A stretch of DNA of 64,000 nucleotides, taken from NCBI GenBank assembly GCA_964575995.1, contig CAZNTN010000007.1, forward strand, positions 2,515 through 66,514. Direction: 5' to 3'. This stretch comes from an uncultured Melioribacter sp. Lineage in GTDB: Bacteria > Bacteroidota > Ignavibacteria > Ignavibacteriales > Melioribacteraceae. Position 1 is the first letter of the stretch. Every line of letters starts with the position of its first letter. The translations under genes were made by a program, and so were the position numbers. The notes beneath the pieces were generated by a model, which saw nothing but the letters and a program-made list of their open reading frames with translations, was not told the origin of the DNA and ran no database searches. Shown one piece after another: positions 46,875 through 57,680 of this stretch.

Positions 46875-47301
46875 ATGAATCACTTTTCAAAATTTTTAGC
46901 ATACTGTTTTTGATAACTGTATCATTAGCTTTTCACAAGAATTAGTAGTTGAACCAAAGGTAATTGTCCCGAGCGATGTTAAATGGAATGCAGCTGCAAA
47001 CGGAATTAGAACATCTGTGCTTTACGGTGATACGGCAAACCAGGCTATTATGTAATGTTTTATGTTATTCCGGATGGAATAAAGCAGCCAGCCGGCAGTT
47101 GTTGTTGTATCCGGAAAATTCTATTACGGCTGCGGTTCAACATTCGATGAAAGCAAGATGTATGAAATGCCGCAAGGAACTTATTTTACAAAGCCAAGCA
47201 ATCATCACAATTATGCTTACGTAAAAACCGGAGAAGTATTATTGTATGTAAGCTGCCTTGGACAAAGTGAAACAACTTTGGCTGTACAGAGAGAAAAATA
47301 A
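46875..47301 (+). pseudogene. Frameshifted secreted cupin-domain protein
   Basis: Fragments SDVKW...VLYGD, PGYYVM, VVVSGKFYYG.G..FDE....MPQGTYF..P...HNYAY across frames. Confidence 0.65.
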
Positions 47302-47306
47302 TTTTA

Positions 47307-47666
47307 TAACTCAACTAACGAGAAACCTGTTTTGATGAAGTTAAATCTTTCCTACGTATCGTAAGTTAGTAAGTTCTTGATCTTTTTAAAATCTCCCATC
47401 AAAAAAATGAACACAAATAACTGCAAATCGAAATGGCAGCAGTGCTATAAACGAAGAGCCGGGCATTTATTTATAAAAATTTCCGATTAATTTTTACGCA
47501 GCGTTAATTAAAGATGCTGCAGCGAGGGTAGTTAACAACTTTACTTGCGTCTTTGCGTCTTAGCTAGAAACCTCTTTCTTTCTCGCAAAGACGCAAAAAT
47601 TATTGAAGTTACGCTCTGTAGAAACTTGTTTTAAGGCGTTAGGTCTTTCTTACGTAAGGTGAGTTA
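47307..47666 (-). repeat. ~360-bp composite repeat, copy 1
   Basis: Bounded by two ~62-bp units; reverse complement aligns along 50259-50618. Confidence 0.8.
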
Positions 47667-47943
47667 GTAAGTATAAATACACTGAGAATTATTGGCTGAG
47701 CATCCTTTATATTTGAAAGTGGAATTCAAGGAAGCGAAGCATGGGCTTCAGTTACAACTACTAATAGATGAAACAGAAATTGTTAAAAGTGAAGGTAGGA
47801 TTATTTTTCCACACACAAGCTGTTTCCACATTGGTTGAAGTAAAGCTAAAAGAATAATTTGAGATACCAAATACTCAACACGCTGCGCTATTAGATGAAC
47901 ATACTCGTAACATATAAATACACTTAACAAAAGGAGAAGCATA

Positions 47944-48444
47944 ATGGCAACAACAAAAGAAAATTTGAAGGAAGCGTTTGCAGGCGAAAGTCAGGCAAAT
48001 CAAAAGTACCGCGCATTTGCAAAGAAAGCCGAAAAAGAAGGATTTCCGAACATTGCAAAACTATTTGCAACCGCAGCCGAAGCAGAAAGAATTCACGCAG
48101 AAGGTCATCTCGGTTCGCTTGATGGAATAGGTTCAACAGTGGAAAATCTTAAAGCTGCTATCGAAGGTGAAACTTACGAGTACGCAGAAATGTATCCGCC
48201 TATGCACGAAAAAGCCGTTGCAGATGAGCACAAAGCTCAGCGTATGTTTAAATATGCTCTCGATGCAGAGAAAGTTCATGCCGATTTATATAAAATTGCA
48301 TTAACTGCTGCTGAGCAAGGAAGTGATTTAGAAGTAAGTGAAATTTACTTATGCCCGGTTTGCGGACACATTGAATTTGGTGAACCGAAAGATAAGTGTC
48401 CGGTTTGCGGCGCTCTTCCAACAAAATATGTTAAAGTTCAGTAA
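47944..48444 (+). CDS. rbr: Rubrerythrin
   Basis: AFAGESQA, EAERIHA, EKVH, CPVCG..CPVCG; AAGGAG RBS. Confidence 0.93.
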   Translation: MATTKENLKEAFAGESQANQKYRAFAKKAEKEGFPNIAKLFATAAEAERIHAEGHLGSLDGIGSTVENLKAAIEGETYEYAEMYPPMHEKAVADEHKAQRMFKYALDAEKVHADLYKIALTAAEQGSDLEVSEIYLCPVCGHIEFGEPKDKCPVCGALPTKYVKVQ

Positions 48445-48453
48445 GGAGTAATT

Positions 48454-48771
48454 ATGTCGGATTTTTCAAATGTAACTATTGTTAAGAAGGCTAACGTTTA
48501 TTTCAATGGAAATGTAACAAGCAGAACGGTTTTGTTTGCAGATGGTACTAAGAAAACTTTAGGCATTATGATGCCGGGTGAATATGAGTTTGGCGCTGCC
48601 GAAAAGGAATTGATAGAAATACTTGCCGGCGATATGGATGTTCTTCTGCCAAACGAAACGGAATGGAAGAAATTTGTATGCGGCGATTCATTCTACGTAC
48701 CAGCAAATTCAAAATTTTCTTTAAAGGTAAATTCTGTTTCGGATTATTGCTGCTCTTACGTTAAAGAATAA
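48454..48771 (+). CDS. ppnP: Pyrimidine/purine nucleoside phosphorylase
   Basis: [40 protein letters not shown]. Confidence 0.9.
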   Translation: MSDFSNVTIVKKANVYFNGNVTSRTVLFADGTKKTLGIMMPGEYEFGAAEKELIEILAGDMDVLLPNETEWKKFVCGDSFYVPANSKFSLKVNSVSDYCCSYVKE

Positions 48772-48777
48772 TACTAT

Positions 48778-48893
48778 TGTTATTCTGAACGAAGTGAGGA
48801 ATCTCTTTGTTTTAACTGGAGATTCTTCAGTCGTCCCGTGTCTTCGATTCCTCCCACGCTTTGCTCATCGAAACCTTCGTTCAGAGTGATACA
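48778..48893. repeat. REP/REPIN-like palindromic element between convergent genes
   Basis: TATTCTGAACGAAG...GAATCTC / GAGATTC...CTTCGTTCAGAGTG nested inverted repeats. Confidence 0.7.
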
Positions 48894-48901
48894 AATGCTT
48901 A

Positions 48902-50047
48902 TCACTTTTTTGGTTGAATATCAAAATCGAAACCGTAAGAAATTTGTAAAGTTTTGCCCGGAGCTGTAATCAAATTTTTCACTTCGTAAACAGCAGTAAT
49001 TATTTCTTTAACTGCTTGATCTTCTTTAGCGGCACGAACGCTGACTTTTAAGGTTCTGTTTGCCATCAGCTTCATCTCTTTTGGAAATTGAATTTTTGAA
49101 TTGCCGCTGACGAGCTTTAATTCATAATCAACATCGCTGTTGTTTGTTATTAACAAAGGTCTGCTTTCTCTTCCAATGGCGCTGATTTTATCTTTATCAA
49201 TAGAAATACTCATGCTGAAAATTTCTTTGAGATATTTTTCATCGCCAATTAATTTGTGATCGTACCAAATTGCTGTTCTTCTATCCAGCAAAGCTTCGCG
49301 CACAGATTCCTGCGATCTGTCTTTAGCAAAGACAAGAGTAATTGGTCTATGAGCAACATTTTCTGCTTCCCATTCAAAATGAAGCGGATCGTGCACATCT
49401 GAATTTCCGAGCACAGCAAGTTTTTTATCTATACACCATTGGTGTGTTTCCGGCGAGTAAACATTTGCGTTGTAAACTTCTAATCCAAAAAGGATCCCTG
49501 TTTCTAAAAGCCAATCATGTTCGGCGTACCATTTTGCAATTCCATCAGGCTGCTGTGCAACCCACGCTGGATGATTCCAAAACAAAAGCGCACCCTGCCT
49601 TTTTGCTTCGAGTACTACTTCTTTCCAATCATCTTTAACCAATGCGTTTCCATCTTTAACAAAAATAGCGTTCAAATGTCCGGGTGGCATATTGCGTGTT
49701 ATCTCTGCACCTTGAATAAGCGTAATGCCTAATTCGTTTGCAAAATTTTTTGCTATTTGAACTGGGGCGTTATGATTTGAGGGAATATAATCTTTGTGAG
49801 GCTGGTATTCTATGTGATCGGTTAAAGCAATTACATCGAGACCATCGCGCCAGGCTTCTTCAACACGGTAAGTTGGCCAAACATTGCCGTCGGAAAAAAC
49901 AGTATGTGTGTGAAAATCGCATTTGAGAGATTTGTAGCCGAGAATATCCGGAAAGTTAATTTTGTTTCTGAACTGAGGCTGAGCGTAAAGTGTTAAGGTA
50001 AACAAGCTAAGCAAAACTACAAGTTGAATTTTCCTAATCGCATTCAT
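48902..50047 (-). CDS. PHP-domain phosphoesterase (Sb-PDE-like), secreted
   Basis: DFHTHTVFSDG, LTDH, GAEIT, WNHP, NSDVH. Confidence 0.88.
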   Translation of the reverse strand: MNAIRKIQLVVLLSLFTLTLYAQPQFRNKINFPDILGYKSLKCDFHTHTVFSDGNVWPTYRVEEAWRDGLDVIALTDHIEYQPHKDYIPSNHNAPVQIAKNFANELGITLIQGAEITRNMPPGHLNAIFVKDGNALVKDDWKEVVLEAKRQGALLFWNHPAWVAQQPDGIAKWYAEHDWLLETGILFGLEVYNANVYSPETHQWCIDKKLAVLGNSDVHDPLHFEWEAENVAHRPITLVFAKDRSQESVREALLDRRTAIWYDHKLIGDEKYLKEIFSMSISIDKDKISAIGRESRPLLITNNSDVDYELKLVSGNSKIQFPKEMKLMANRTLKVSVRAAKEDQAVKEIITAVYEVKNLITAPGKTLQISYGFDFDIQPKK

Positions 50048-50258
50048 ATTAGTCCATAAGTTTTTTAAGAATTGATTCTAAAATAGTTTATCTAACTTAA
50101 AAGTAAATTAATTTTTTGTTAAGTATTGAGTTAAAAGAATGTTAACTATTTCAGTATCACGGCGGGCATGTTTGAATGCAAGAAAAGACAATTTGCACAA
50201 CTGAATTCCGGTTGATGAAGTTGCGTGGAGAGAGTACTGCCATTCAAAAATTATATAT

Positions 50259-50618
50259 TAGCTCGCCTTATGCCAGAGAGACTTATCGACTTAAACAGGT
50301 TTCCGCAGAACGTAACTTCAATAATTTTGAGGCTTAGCGGCTCTTCGGGAAAAACAGAGGTTTCTGCCAAGCCGCATGTTAAAGTTGTTAGCTATCCTCG
50401 TTATTGCTTCTTTAATTAACGCTGCGTAATAATTAACCCGAAATTTTATAAATAAATGCCATGCTCTCCATCTTAGGCACTGCCGATGTTTCGATTTGCG
50501 ATTTTCTGTTCAAATTTTTTGGGGGATTCTAAAATGATCAAGATCAAGAACTTACTAACTTACGTTACGTAAGAAAGGTTTAACGTTATCAGAACAGGTT
50601 TCCGGGTAATGTGAGTTA
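50259..50618 (+). repeat. ~360-bp composite repeat, copy 2 (inverted)
   Basis: Shares GTAACTTCAATAATTTT, TTTAATTAACGCTGCGTAA, ATAAATAAATGCC and GATCAAGAACTTACTAACTTACG with copy 1. Confidence 0.8.
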
Positions 50619-50839
50619 TTAATATCTTTTCTCAAATCTACATCAGTTATTGTAACAACTATTTCTACTGTCTGATGTTTAAACTGAGAATTAATTCTTA
50701 TTGAATCGGTTGAACATTTCACTTTTGTATCCGTTCTTTCTCTACGAATGTAAACAGGGCGTCATATTCAATTTCGCAAAGAAAAGGCTTTATAGTTTTT
50801 CTTATATTTGCGTCAATTTTATAAAGTAAAGAGTTAAAA

Positions 50840-53461
50840 ATGCACTCTAAGAATCTCGAAAATATTCCGAAAGCTTACAAACCAAAAGATGCCGAAGATA
50901 AATGGTACAAGTACTGGGAGGAACACAAACTTTATCACTCAGAAATAGATGAGAGCAAAAAATCTTATACAATAGTAATACCGCCGCCAAACATTACCGG
51001 CATATTGCACATCGGGCACATACTAAACAACACACTTCAGGATATTTACATTCGCTACAAAAGAATGATGGGTTTCAACGCTTGCTGGGTTCCGGGCATT
51101 GACCATGCGTCAATTGCTACCGAAGCTAAAGTAGTTGCGCTTCTAAAAGGGCAGCACATAACAAAAGACAAAATTTCGCGCGAAGAATTTTTGAAACATT
51201 GCTACGCTTGGAAAGAAAAGTATGGGGGAATAATTTTTCAGCAGCTTCGTAAACTTGGCGTTAGCTGCGATTGGCAGCGCGAACGCTTTACAATGGATGA
51301 CCATTACTACAAAAAAGTAATTGAATCATTTGTAAAACTTTACAAAGAAGGGTTAATCTACCGTGGTTACAGAATGGTTAATTGGGATCCAGCTTCAAAA
51401 TCTGCCATCAGCGATGAAGAAGTTTTCTACAAAGAAATACAGGGGAATCTCTGGTATTTCAAATACCCGGTTAAAGACACAAACGAATTTGTAATTGTTG
51501 CTACAACGCGCCCTGAAACAATGCTTGGTGATACAGGCGTTGCGGTTAATCCAGATGATGAGCGCTTCAAACATTTGATTGGAAAGACAATCATACTACC
51601 AATTGTTGGAAGGGAAATTCCATTGTTCGCAGATTCTTATGTTGATAAAGAATTTGGCACCGGAGCTGTTAAAGTTACTCCAGCTCACGATGTAAACGAT
51701 TACGATATGGCGCAGCGCAACAATCTTGAAATGATTAATATCTTTAACGAAAATGCAACAACAAACGGAAACGTTCCTTTCGAGTTTCAGGAACTTGACC
51801 GCTTTGTAGTGCGTGAAAAAGTAGTTACAAGAATGAAAGAGCTTGGTTTCTTAGAAAAAATTGAAAGCTACACAAACAAAGTCGGCTACTCTCAGCGGGG
51901 CAATGTACCAATAGAGCCTTATTTGAGCGAACAATGGTTTATGAAAATGGATGTGCTATGTAAACCAGCGCTTCAAGTTGTGCAGGAAGGAAAAGTTAAG
52001 TTTCATCCAGAGCATTGGGTAAAAACTTATGAACACTGGATGACAAATATTCGCGATTGGTGTATTTCACGTCAGCTCTGGTGGGGGCACCGTATTCCGG
52101 TTTGGTACAACAACACAACAAAAGAAATTTACTGCGAAGTAAACCCGCCTGCAGATCTTGAAAACTGGCATCAAGATAACGATGTACTAGATACTTGGGC
52201 ATCGAGCTGGCTTTGGGCGCAAGATGTTTTTACTAACGAACAAGATCAGAAATATTACTATCCAACAGATTTATTAGTTACTGCACCGGATATAATTTTC
52301 TTTTGGGTAGCAAGAATGATTATTGCCGGAACGCATTTTATGGGAGAAATTCCTTTTAAGGATGTTTACTTTACAAGTTTAGTACGAGATGAAAAAGGAA
52401 GGAAGATGAGCAAATCGCTCGGCAACTCGCCGGATCCGCTCGATTTGATTGAAGAATATGGCGCTGATGCTTTGCGTTTTACAATGACATACATTGCTCC
52501 GCTTGGGCAGGATGTTCTTTTTAGCAACGAAATGGTTGAGATTGGAAGAAACTTTGCCAACAAAATGTGGAACGCCGGCAGATTTTTATTGATGAACGCA
52601 CAGAACATAAAACTTGATTTGCGCCTGAAACATAAACACATAGATTTTACAGATAAATGGATTATTTCCCGATTCAATAAAACAATTAAAGAAGTAAACG
52701 AAGCGCTCGGTAAATTTGAGGTCAATGCAGCTTCAAAAATTATTTACAGCTATGTATGGAATGATTTCTGCGATTGGTATGTAGAGCTTGCAAAGAGCCG
52801 CTTGTATCATGGCGACGAAGAAGTTAAATCTGCCCTGCTTTCCCGCGCAATTTCACTTTATGAAGATATGCTCAAACTTGTTCACCCGTTTATGCCTTTT
52901 ATTACAGAAGAAATTTGGCAATTGCTTGCCGAAAGAAAAGCTGGAGAAAGTATTTCTATTTCAGAGTTTCCAAAATTCAATGGAGATTATGTTGACGAAA
53001 AAGCGGAAAGGGAAATAGCATTTGTGCAAGAAGTTGTTACTGCAATAAGAAATATCCGCGGCGAAATAAATATTTCTCCTGCAAAGCAAATTAATGTGTT
53101 TATGAAAAGTACCACTGTAACAATTGCTCAAGAGAGATACATAAAATCACTTGTTAAGATAGACACATTAACAGTTGATGAAAACATAGATAAACCCAAA
53201 TCTTGTGCCTCTGCCGTTGTTAAAGGATGCGATATTTTTATTCCTCTCGAAGGATTGATAGATTTTGGTGTAGAGCGCGCAAGAATTGAAAAAGAAATTA
53301 CGAGAATTCTGGGCAGCTTTAACGCCGTTCGTAAAAAACTAGAGAACGAAAACTTTGTTGCCAAAGCCCCGGCAGAAGTAATTGAACGCGAACGTATGAA
53401 AATGAACGACTGGCAGAAGTCTTTGGAAAAATTGCAAACTATCCTTGAAGATTTAGATTAG
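50840..53461 (+). CDS. valS: Valine--tRNA ligase
   Basis: PPPNITG, HIGH, DWCISRQLWWGH, KMSKS, C-terminal coiled coil. Confidence 0.97.
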   Translation: MHSKNLENIPKAYKPKDAEDKWYKYWEEHKLYHSEIDESKKSYTIVIPPPNITGILHIGHILNNTLQDIYIRYKRMMGFNACWVPGIDHASIATEAKVVALLKGQHITKDKISREEFLKHCYAWKEKYGGIIFQQLRKLGVSCDWQRERFTMDDHYYKKVIESFVKLYKEGLIYRGYRMVNWDPASKSAISDEEVFYKEIQGNLWYFKYPVKDTNEFVIVATTRPETMLGDTGVAVNPDDERFKHLIGKTIILPIVGREIPLFADSYVDKEFGTGAVKVTPAHDVNDYDMAQRNNLEMINIFNENATTNGNVPFEFQELDRFVVREKVVTRMKELGFLEKIESYTNKVGYSQRGNVPIEPYLSEQWFMKMDVLCKPALQVVQEGKVKFHPEHWVKTYEHWMTNIRDWCISRQLWWGHRIPVWYNNTTKEIYCEVNPPADLENWHQDNDVLDTWASSWLWAQDVFTNEQDQKYYYPTDLLVTAPDIIFFWVARMIIAGTHFMGEIPFKDVYFTSLVRDEKGRKMSKSLGNSPDPLDLIEEYGADALRFTMTYIAPLGQDVLFSNEMVEIGRNFANKMWNAGRFLLMNAQNIKLDLRLKHKHIDFTDKWIISRFNKTIKEVNEALGKFEVNAASKIIYSYVWNDFCDWYVELAKSRLYHGDEEVKSALLSRAISLYEDMLKLVHPFMPFITEEIWQLLAERKAGESISISEFPKFNGDYVDEKAEREIAFVQEVVTAIRNIRGEINISPAKQINVFMKSTTVTIAQERYIKSLVKIDTLTVDENIDKPKSCASAVVKGCDIFIPLEGLIDFGVERARIEKEITRILGSFNAVRKKLENENFVAKAPAEVIERERMKMNDWQKSLEKLQTILEDLD

Positions 53462-53472
53462 AAGGGAATGCT

Positions 53473-54438
53473 ATGTTTTTACAAACCGAGCCAACAAAGC
53501 AGAATATTGTAGAAGCACACGAACGAATTAAGAAACATATTCATCATACGCCAATTTTATCTTCTTCGCTAATTAATAAAATTACCAGCTGCAAAGTGTA
53601 TTTTAAGTGTGAGAACTTTCAGAAAGCCGGCGCCTTTAAATTTCGCGGGGCTAGCAACGCGGTTCTTTCTTTAGAAAAAGAAGAACTTCAAAAAGGTGTT
53701 GCCACACACTCATCTGGTAATCATGCAGCGGCTCTTTCGTTTATCGCACAAATGAAAAATATTCCGGCTTATATAGTAATGCCGCACACCGCGCCGCAGA
53801 TAAAAAAAACTGCAGTTGAAGGCTACGGCGCTAAAATTATCTTTTGCGAACCCACTCAACAAGCGCGAGAAGAAGCGCTGAACAAAGTAGTTAAAGAAAC
53901 CGGAGCTGTATTCGTTCATCCTTACAATAATTATTCTGTCGTTGCAGGGCATGCTACTTGCGCAAAAGAAATATTGGTTAAACTCTCCGATATAGATTAT
54001 ATAATCCCTCCTGTTGGCGGCGGCGGACTTGCGAGCGGGACATGTTTAAGCGCAAAATATTTTTCTAATAAAACAAAAGTGATAGGCGCTGAACCTATTG
54101 GTGCCGATGATGCTTTCCGTTCTTTACGAGATAAAACTATTTACCCTTCTGTAAATCCTAAAACTATTTGCGATGGTTTACTAACAAGCTTAGGCGATAA
54201 AACATATTCCATCCTGAGCGAGAACCTGGATGAGATTTTAAACGCTTCAGAAGAAGCAATAATTGAAGCAATGAAATTAATTTGGGAAAGAATGAAAATT
54301 ATTGTAGAGCCATCAAGCGCCGTAACATTAGCCGTTGTTTTAGAGAATAAAGAAAAGTTTGCCGGAAAGAAAATTGTGCTGATACTTTCCGGCGGCAATG
54401 TGGAGTTAACAAAACTTCCTTTTAAAAATTCTGATTAA
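53473..54438 (+). CDS. PLP-dependent serine/threonine dehydratase (serine racemase-like)
   Basis: KCENFQKAGAFKFRGA, HSSGNH, VGGGGL, SGGN. Confidence 0.9.
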   Translation: MFLQTEPTKQNIVEAHERIKKHIHHTPILSSSLINKITSCKVYFKCENFQKAGAFKFRGASNAVLSLEKEELQKGVATHSSGNHAAALSFIAQMKNIPAYIVMPHTAPQIKKTAVEGYGAKIIFCEPTQQAREEALNKVVKETGAVFVHPYNNYSVVAGHATCAKEILVKLSDIDYIIPPVGGGGLASGTCLSAKYFSNKTKVIGAEPIGADDAFRSLRDKTIYPSVNPKTICDGLLTSLGDKTYSILSENLDEILNASEEAIIEAMKLIWERMKIIVEPSSAVTLAVVLENKEKFAGKKIVLILSGGNVELTKLPFKNSD

Positions 54439-55324
54439 TAAACACCTCAAGCGCTTTCTGCTTACATTCTATTTCAATTGGCGTTGATTCCATTAGCTGT
54501 CCATCCGGCGTAAGCATTTTATTTGGCGTTGTCTCAATTCTTATATGCTTACTCTTGAAACATTCTACTTCTTTCATCTTTACATGATCGCCTGTAAAAA
54601 TTTTTGGAAGTGCTTGTAAAATTCTAACCCGAGATAATTTGTTGAGCAACGTGATATCTAAAAGTCCGTCATCAATAACAGCCGTTGGTGCCATTAAAAA
54701 ATCTTTCCCTGTGTAACGCGTGTTCGAAATTTCTGCAAACACATTGTCTCTTTCGTAAATCTTTGAATCAATCTCAATTTTCAGGCTGTAGCTCTTAAAC
54801 GAAATTGTTCTGAAAAGAACACCGAGAATGTAAGATAAATGTCCTAAAGCCCGAAAAGTGAAAGCCGTTTTTGCTACATCAGTGACAAAACCAAAACCGA
54901 GAATATTTGCAAAATAAAATTGATTAGATTTTGTTTTGAATAGCCCTACATCAACCAGCTTGGTTTTACCTGAGATAATAGCTGCTATGGCATCTTTCCA
55001 TCTTTCGGGATAAAGATTTATATCGCGGGCAAAAGCATTTCCTCTTCCAATAGGTATAACTCCAATAGGAATTTTCTTTTCCGATTTGTTTTTGAAGTAA
55101 CCATTTATTGTCTCAAAAAGAGTTCCGTCTCCGCCAGCAACAGCCAGAGCATCATAATCTTCTAGTTTTAGATTGGCAATTATTTCAGTAGCGTGTCCGG
55201 GATATTCTGTTTGTACAGCTTCGCAAACTAACTTATGCTTTTTAAACTCTGCCTTGATTAATGAAAAATATTTTGCTCCTTTCCCGCCGTGAGCAGCCGG
55301 ATTGTTCAAATAGAAAACCTTCAC
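54422..55324 (-). CDS. Diacylglycerol kinase-family (YegS-like) lipid kinase
   Basis: NPAAH, AGGDGT, IPIGRGNAFA, DDGLLD; GTG start. Confidence 0.9.
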   Translation of the reverse strand: MKVFYLNNPAAHGGKGAKYFSLIKAEFKKHKLVCEAVQTEYPGHATEIIANLKLEDYDALAVAGGDGTLFETINGYFKNKSEKKIPIGVIPIGRGNAFARDINLYPERWKDAIAAIISGKTKLVDVGLFKTKSNQFYFANILGFGFVTDVAKTAFTFRALGHLSYILGVLFRTISFKSYSLKIEIDSKIYERDNVFAEISNTRYTGKDFLMAPTAVIDDGLLDITLLNKLSRVRILQALPKIFTGDHVKMKEVECFKSKHIRIETTPNKMLTPDGQLMESTPIEIECKQKALEVFINQNF

Positions 55325-55332
55325 GCAGTTCC

Positions 55333-56805
55333 TTATTCCGAAAAATGATTGATTACTTTAACTAAGTGCTCTTCACAAACTTTGCAAAATGGCTTGGTGC
55401 CTTTGCTAAACATTAAGCAATCTATCATTGAGCGGTACATACCTTTTGATGAATAACCGGCGCCTTCAAAAACCCCAACCGTGTTTTTATACTTACTATT
55501 TGTTAAGTACTGATCTACTTTGGCGCTGTGTAATTTATCTTTTTCATTGTACACGTTTTGTAAATCATCAATTTCATTTTGAGCGGCGCGGTTTCTTTTC
55601 ATCTCTGCAATTTTTTTGTTCAACTCTCTTCTCTCTTTTTGCCAGACTAAATCCATCTTATCGTAATCTTCTTTTTCCCATTTAGTAGGCACATCAATTC
55701 CTGTTGATAGATATTCTTTCCACTTTATATTGTACGTATCAAGCGCACGTGAGATGTTGGGTTCAACAGGCTCAAGACCAGTTGTGTAAAATTCATTATA
55801 AGCAACATCGCTTGTGTAGTATTCATCTGCCAAACCGCCGAATGAATGACCAAACTCGTGCAGAAACACATAAGGAGAAAATTGATTATCGGAAACAAAG
55901 GTGCTGTAAAAATTATAAATCCCGCCTCCGCCATAACGAGCCGAGTTGCACATTATATAGATTGCATCGTAAGGAACATGAGAGGCAAGATTACGCATTG
56001 CTTTGTTGTCTTCTGTCAAAATGTAGCGCTCTGAACCTAACGAATAAAATGTAGTGCTTAGGGCTGTGTTCTTATAAATATCTGCGCCGGGCTCGTCAAT
56101 TCCGCTTTCTTCGGATGCTTTAAACACACCGTAAACATTGAACTTATCTTTATATTTTTTTAATGGCTCTTGGCTAATCAAAAGTTTTGTGTAGCGCTTT
56201 AAATCCAGTTCAAACTTTTTTTGGTCTTTATCTGAATAGCCGTCTCCTAAAATTACAACATCCACTTTTTGATGAGGATCTCCGCTAAAGTGAGATTTAT
56301 AAACTTTCACAGTTTTATCTTTTATGTTATTCTTAATGATGTACAAATCCGCAGGATCAATTTCTGTTGAGAAAACTTCGTTTAGTTTATTCTTTTTATC
56401 CCGCTTTTCCAGAACAAACTTAATTTTGTTTTTGGGAAAAGGAACAATTGCGCTTTCGTGAAACGTACGCTTAATTCCTTTTGCCGCCTCATTACTTGTT
56501 TGATATTCTTTGAAGTAGCTGTCGAATCCGATTGAATAAATCAGCTTACCAGAGGCGGAATCGTAAATTTTGTAGTAGTATGCGCCATTGTTAAAATTAT
56601 CAATTAGATTTTTCAAACTGCCAGCCCAAATTCCGTACTGATAAATATGGTCTATAGTTACAATTTCAGAAGATGAATCTCCGATATGAAAATAATCTAT
56701 GCGCATTGTTTTGTCTATAAAGTAGTGGTCAAAATTAAGTACTTGAGTCTTTCCAGAAGTAAATAAAGCGAATAAACAAAAAAGCATTGTTTTTACTAGT
56801 TTCAT
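55333..56805 (-). CDS. Peptidase M64 (IgA peptidase family)
   Basis: YGGGGIYN, HEFGHSFGGLADEY, FEGAGY, FCKVC. Confidence 0.92.
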   Translation of the reverse strand: MKLVKTMLFCLFALFTSGKTQVLNFDHYFIDKTMRIDYFHIGDSSSEIVTIDHIYQYGIWAGSLKNLIDNFNNGAYYYKIYDSASGKLIYSIGFDSYFKEYQTSNEAAKGIKRTFHESAIVPFPKNKIKFVLEKRDKKNKLNEVFSTEIDPADLYIIKNNIKDKTVKVYKSHFSGDPHQKVDVVILGDGYSDKDQKKFELDLKRYTKLLISQEPLKKYKDKFNVYGVFKASEESGIDEPGADIYKNTALSTTFYSLGSERYILTEDNKAMRNLASHVPYDAIYIMCNSARYGGGGIYNFYSTFVSDNQFSPYVFLHEFGHSFGGLADEYYTSDVAYNEFYTTGLEPVEPNISRALDTYNIKWKEYLSTGIDVPTKWEKEDYDKMDLVWQKERRELNKKIAEMKRNRAAQNEIDDLQNVYNEKDKLHSAKVDQYLTNSKYKNTVGVFEGAGYSSKGMYRSMIDCLMFSKGTKPFCKVCEEHLVKVINHFSE

Positions 56806-56930
56806 TTAGTTTCCTTTTATTTTAATCAAAGTTAAGGAAAGACAACAACTAAATACAAAAACCGTTAAAAGATTTAACCAAGAATGCGGTTTTAGAAATG
56901 TTTATTTTATAAATGTACAAAATGCGATAA

Positions 56931-57590
56931 ATGATAAAACTCATACTAACATATTTTCTGCTTGCGTTTCCTATTCTTCTATTAGCACAAGAGGATGGAA
57001 GATTTACAATTGCGCGCTTAAAGTATAATGGCGGAGGCGATTGGTATAACGACCCTTCTGCAGAAATTAATCTACTCAAGTTTGTAGCGCAGAATACTAA
57101 CATCAAAACTAAGCCAAAGTATGAGTTTGTTGATTTATCAACCGGAAACATTTTTGCTTATCCATTTTTATTTATGACCGGACACGGAAATATTGTCTTT
57201 TCCGATTCTGACGCAAAGAAATTACGAACCTATCTTGAAAGCGGCGGATTTTTGTACGTTGATGATGATTACGGGTTGGACAAAGCATTTCGAAGAGAAA
57301 TGAAAAAAGTATTTCCGGATACAGATTTGATTGAACTACCTTTTAGTTATGGACTTTATAACTGCATGTTTGATTTTAAAAGCGGTCCGCCAAAAACACA
57401 TGAGCATGATAAAAACACACCGCGCGGTTATGGCTTGTTTGTTGGCAAGCGGCTTTGCGTTTATTATACTTTTGAAAGCAATCCAAGCGATGGCTGGGCT
57501 GATCCTGAAGTTCACAAGAATCCGCCGGAAAAGAGAGAAGAAGCTCTACGCTTTGGAACAAACATAGTTGTTTGGGCGTTGATGAACTGA
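56931..57590 (+). CDS. DUF4159 protein
   Basis: LKYNGGGDWY, PFLFMTGHG, GGFLYVDD. Confidence 0.88.
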   Translation: MIKLILTYFLLAFPILLLAQEDGRFTIARLKYNGGGDWYNDPSAEINLLKFVAQNTNIKTKPKYEFVDLSTGNIFAYPFLFMTGHGNIVFSDSDAKKLRTYLESGGFLYVDDDYGLDKAFRREMKKVFPDTDLIELPFSYGLYNCMFDFKSGPPKTHEHDKNTPRGYGLFVGKRLCVYYTFESNPSDGWADPEVHKNPPEKREEALRFGTNIVVWALMN

Positions 57591-57680
57591 ATAACACTTA
57601 ACCAAAATGAAAACAAATTATTATTTGTTAATACCTTTGGCTCTTTCTGAATAACAAAGAGCCTCTATGGTTAAACGAAA

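Noticed and set aside
46964..47224. 86-aa ORF as a gene
   Set aside because: Off-frame read of the cupin pseudogene.
50225..50839. 64-aa ORF or T-box leader upstream of valS
   Set aside because: The region is the composite repeat; no T-box motif seen, and a TATATTTG element lies close to the valS start.
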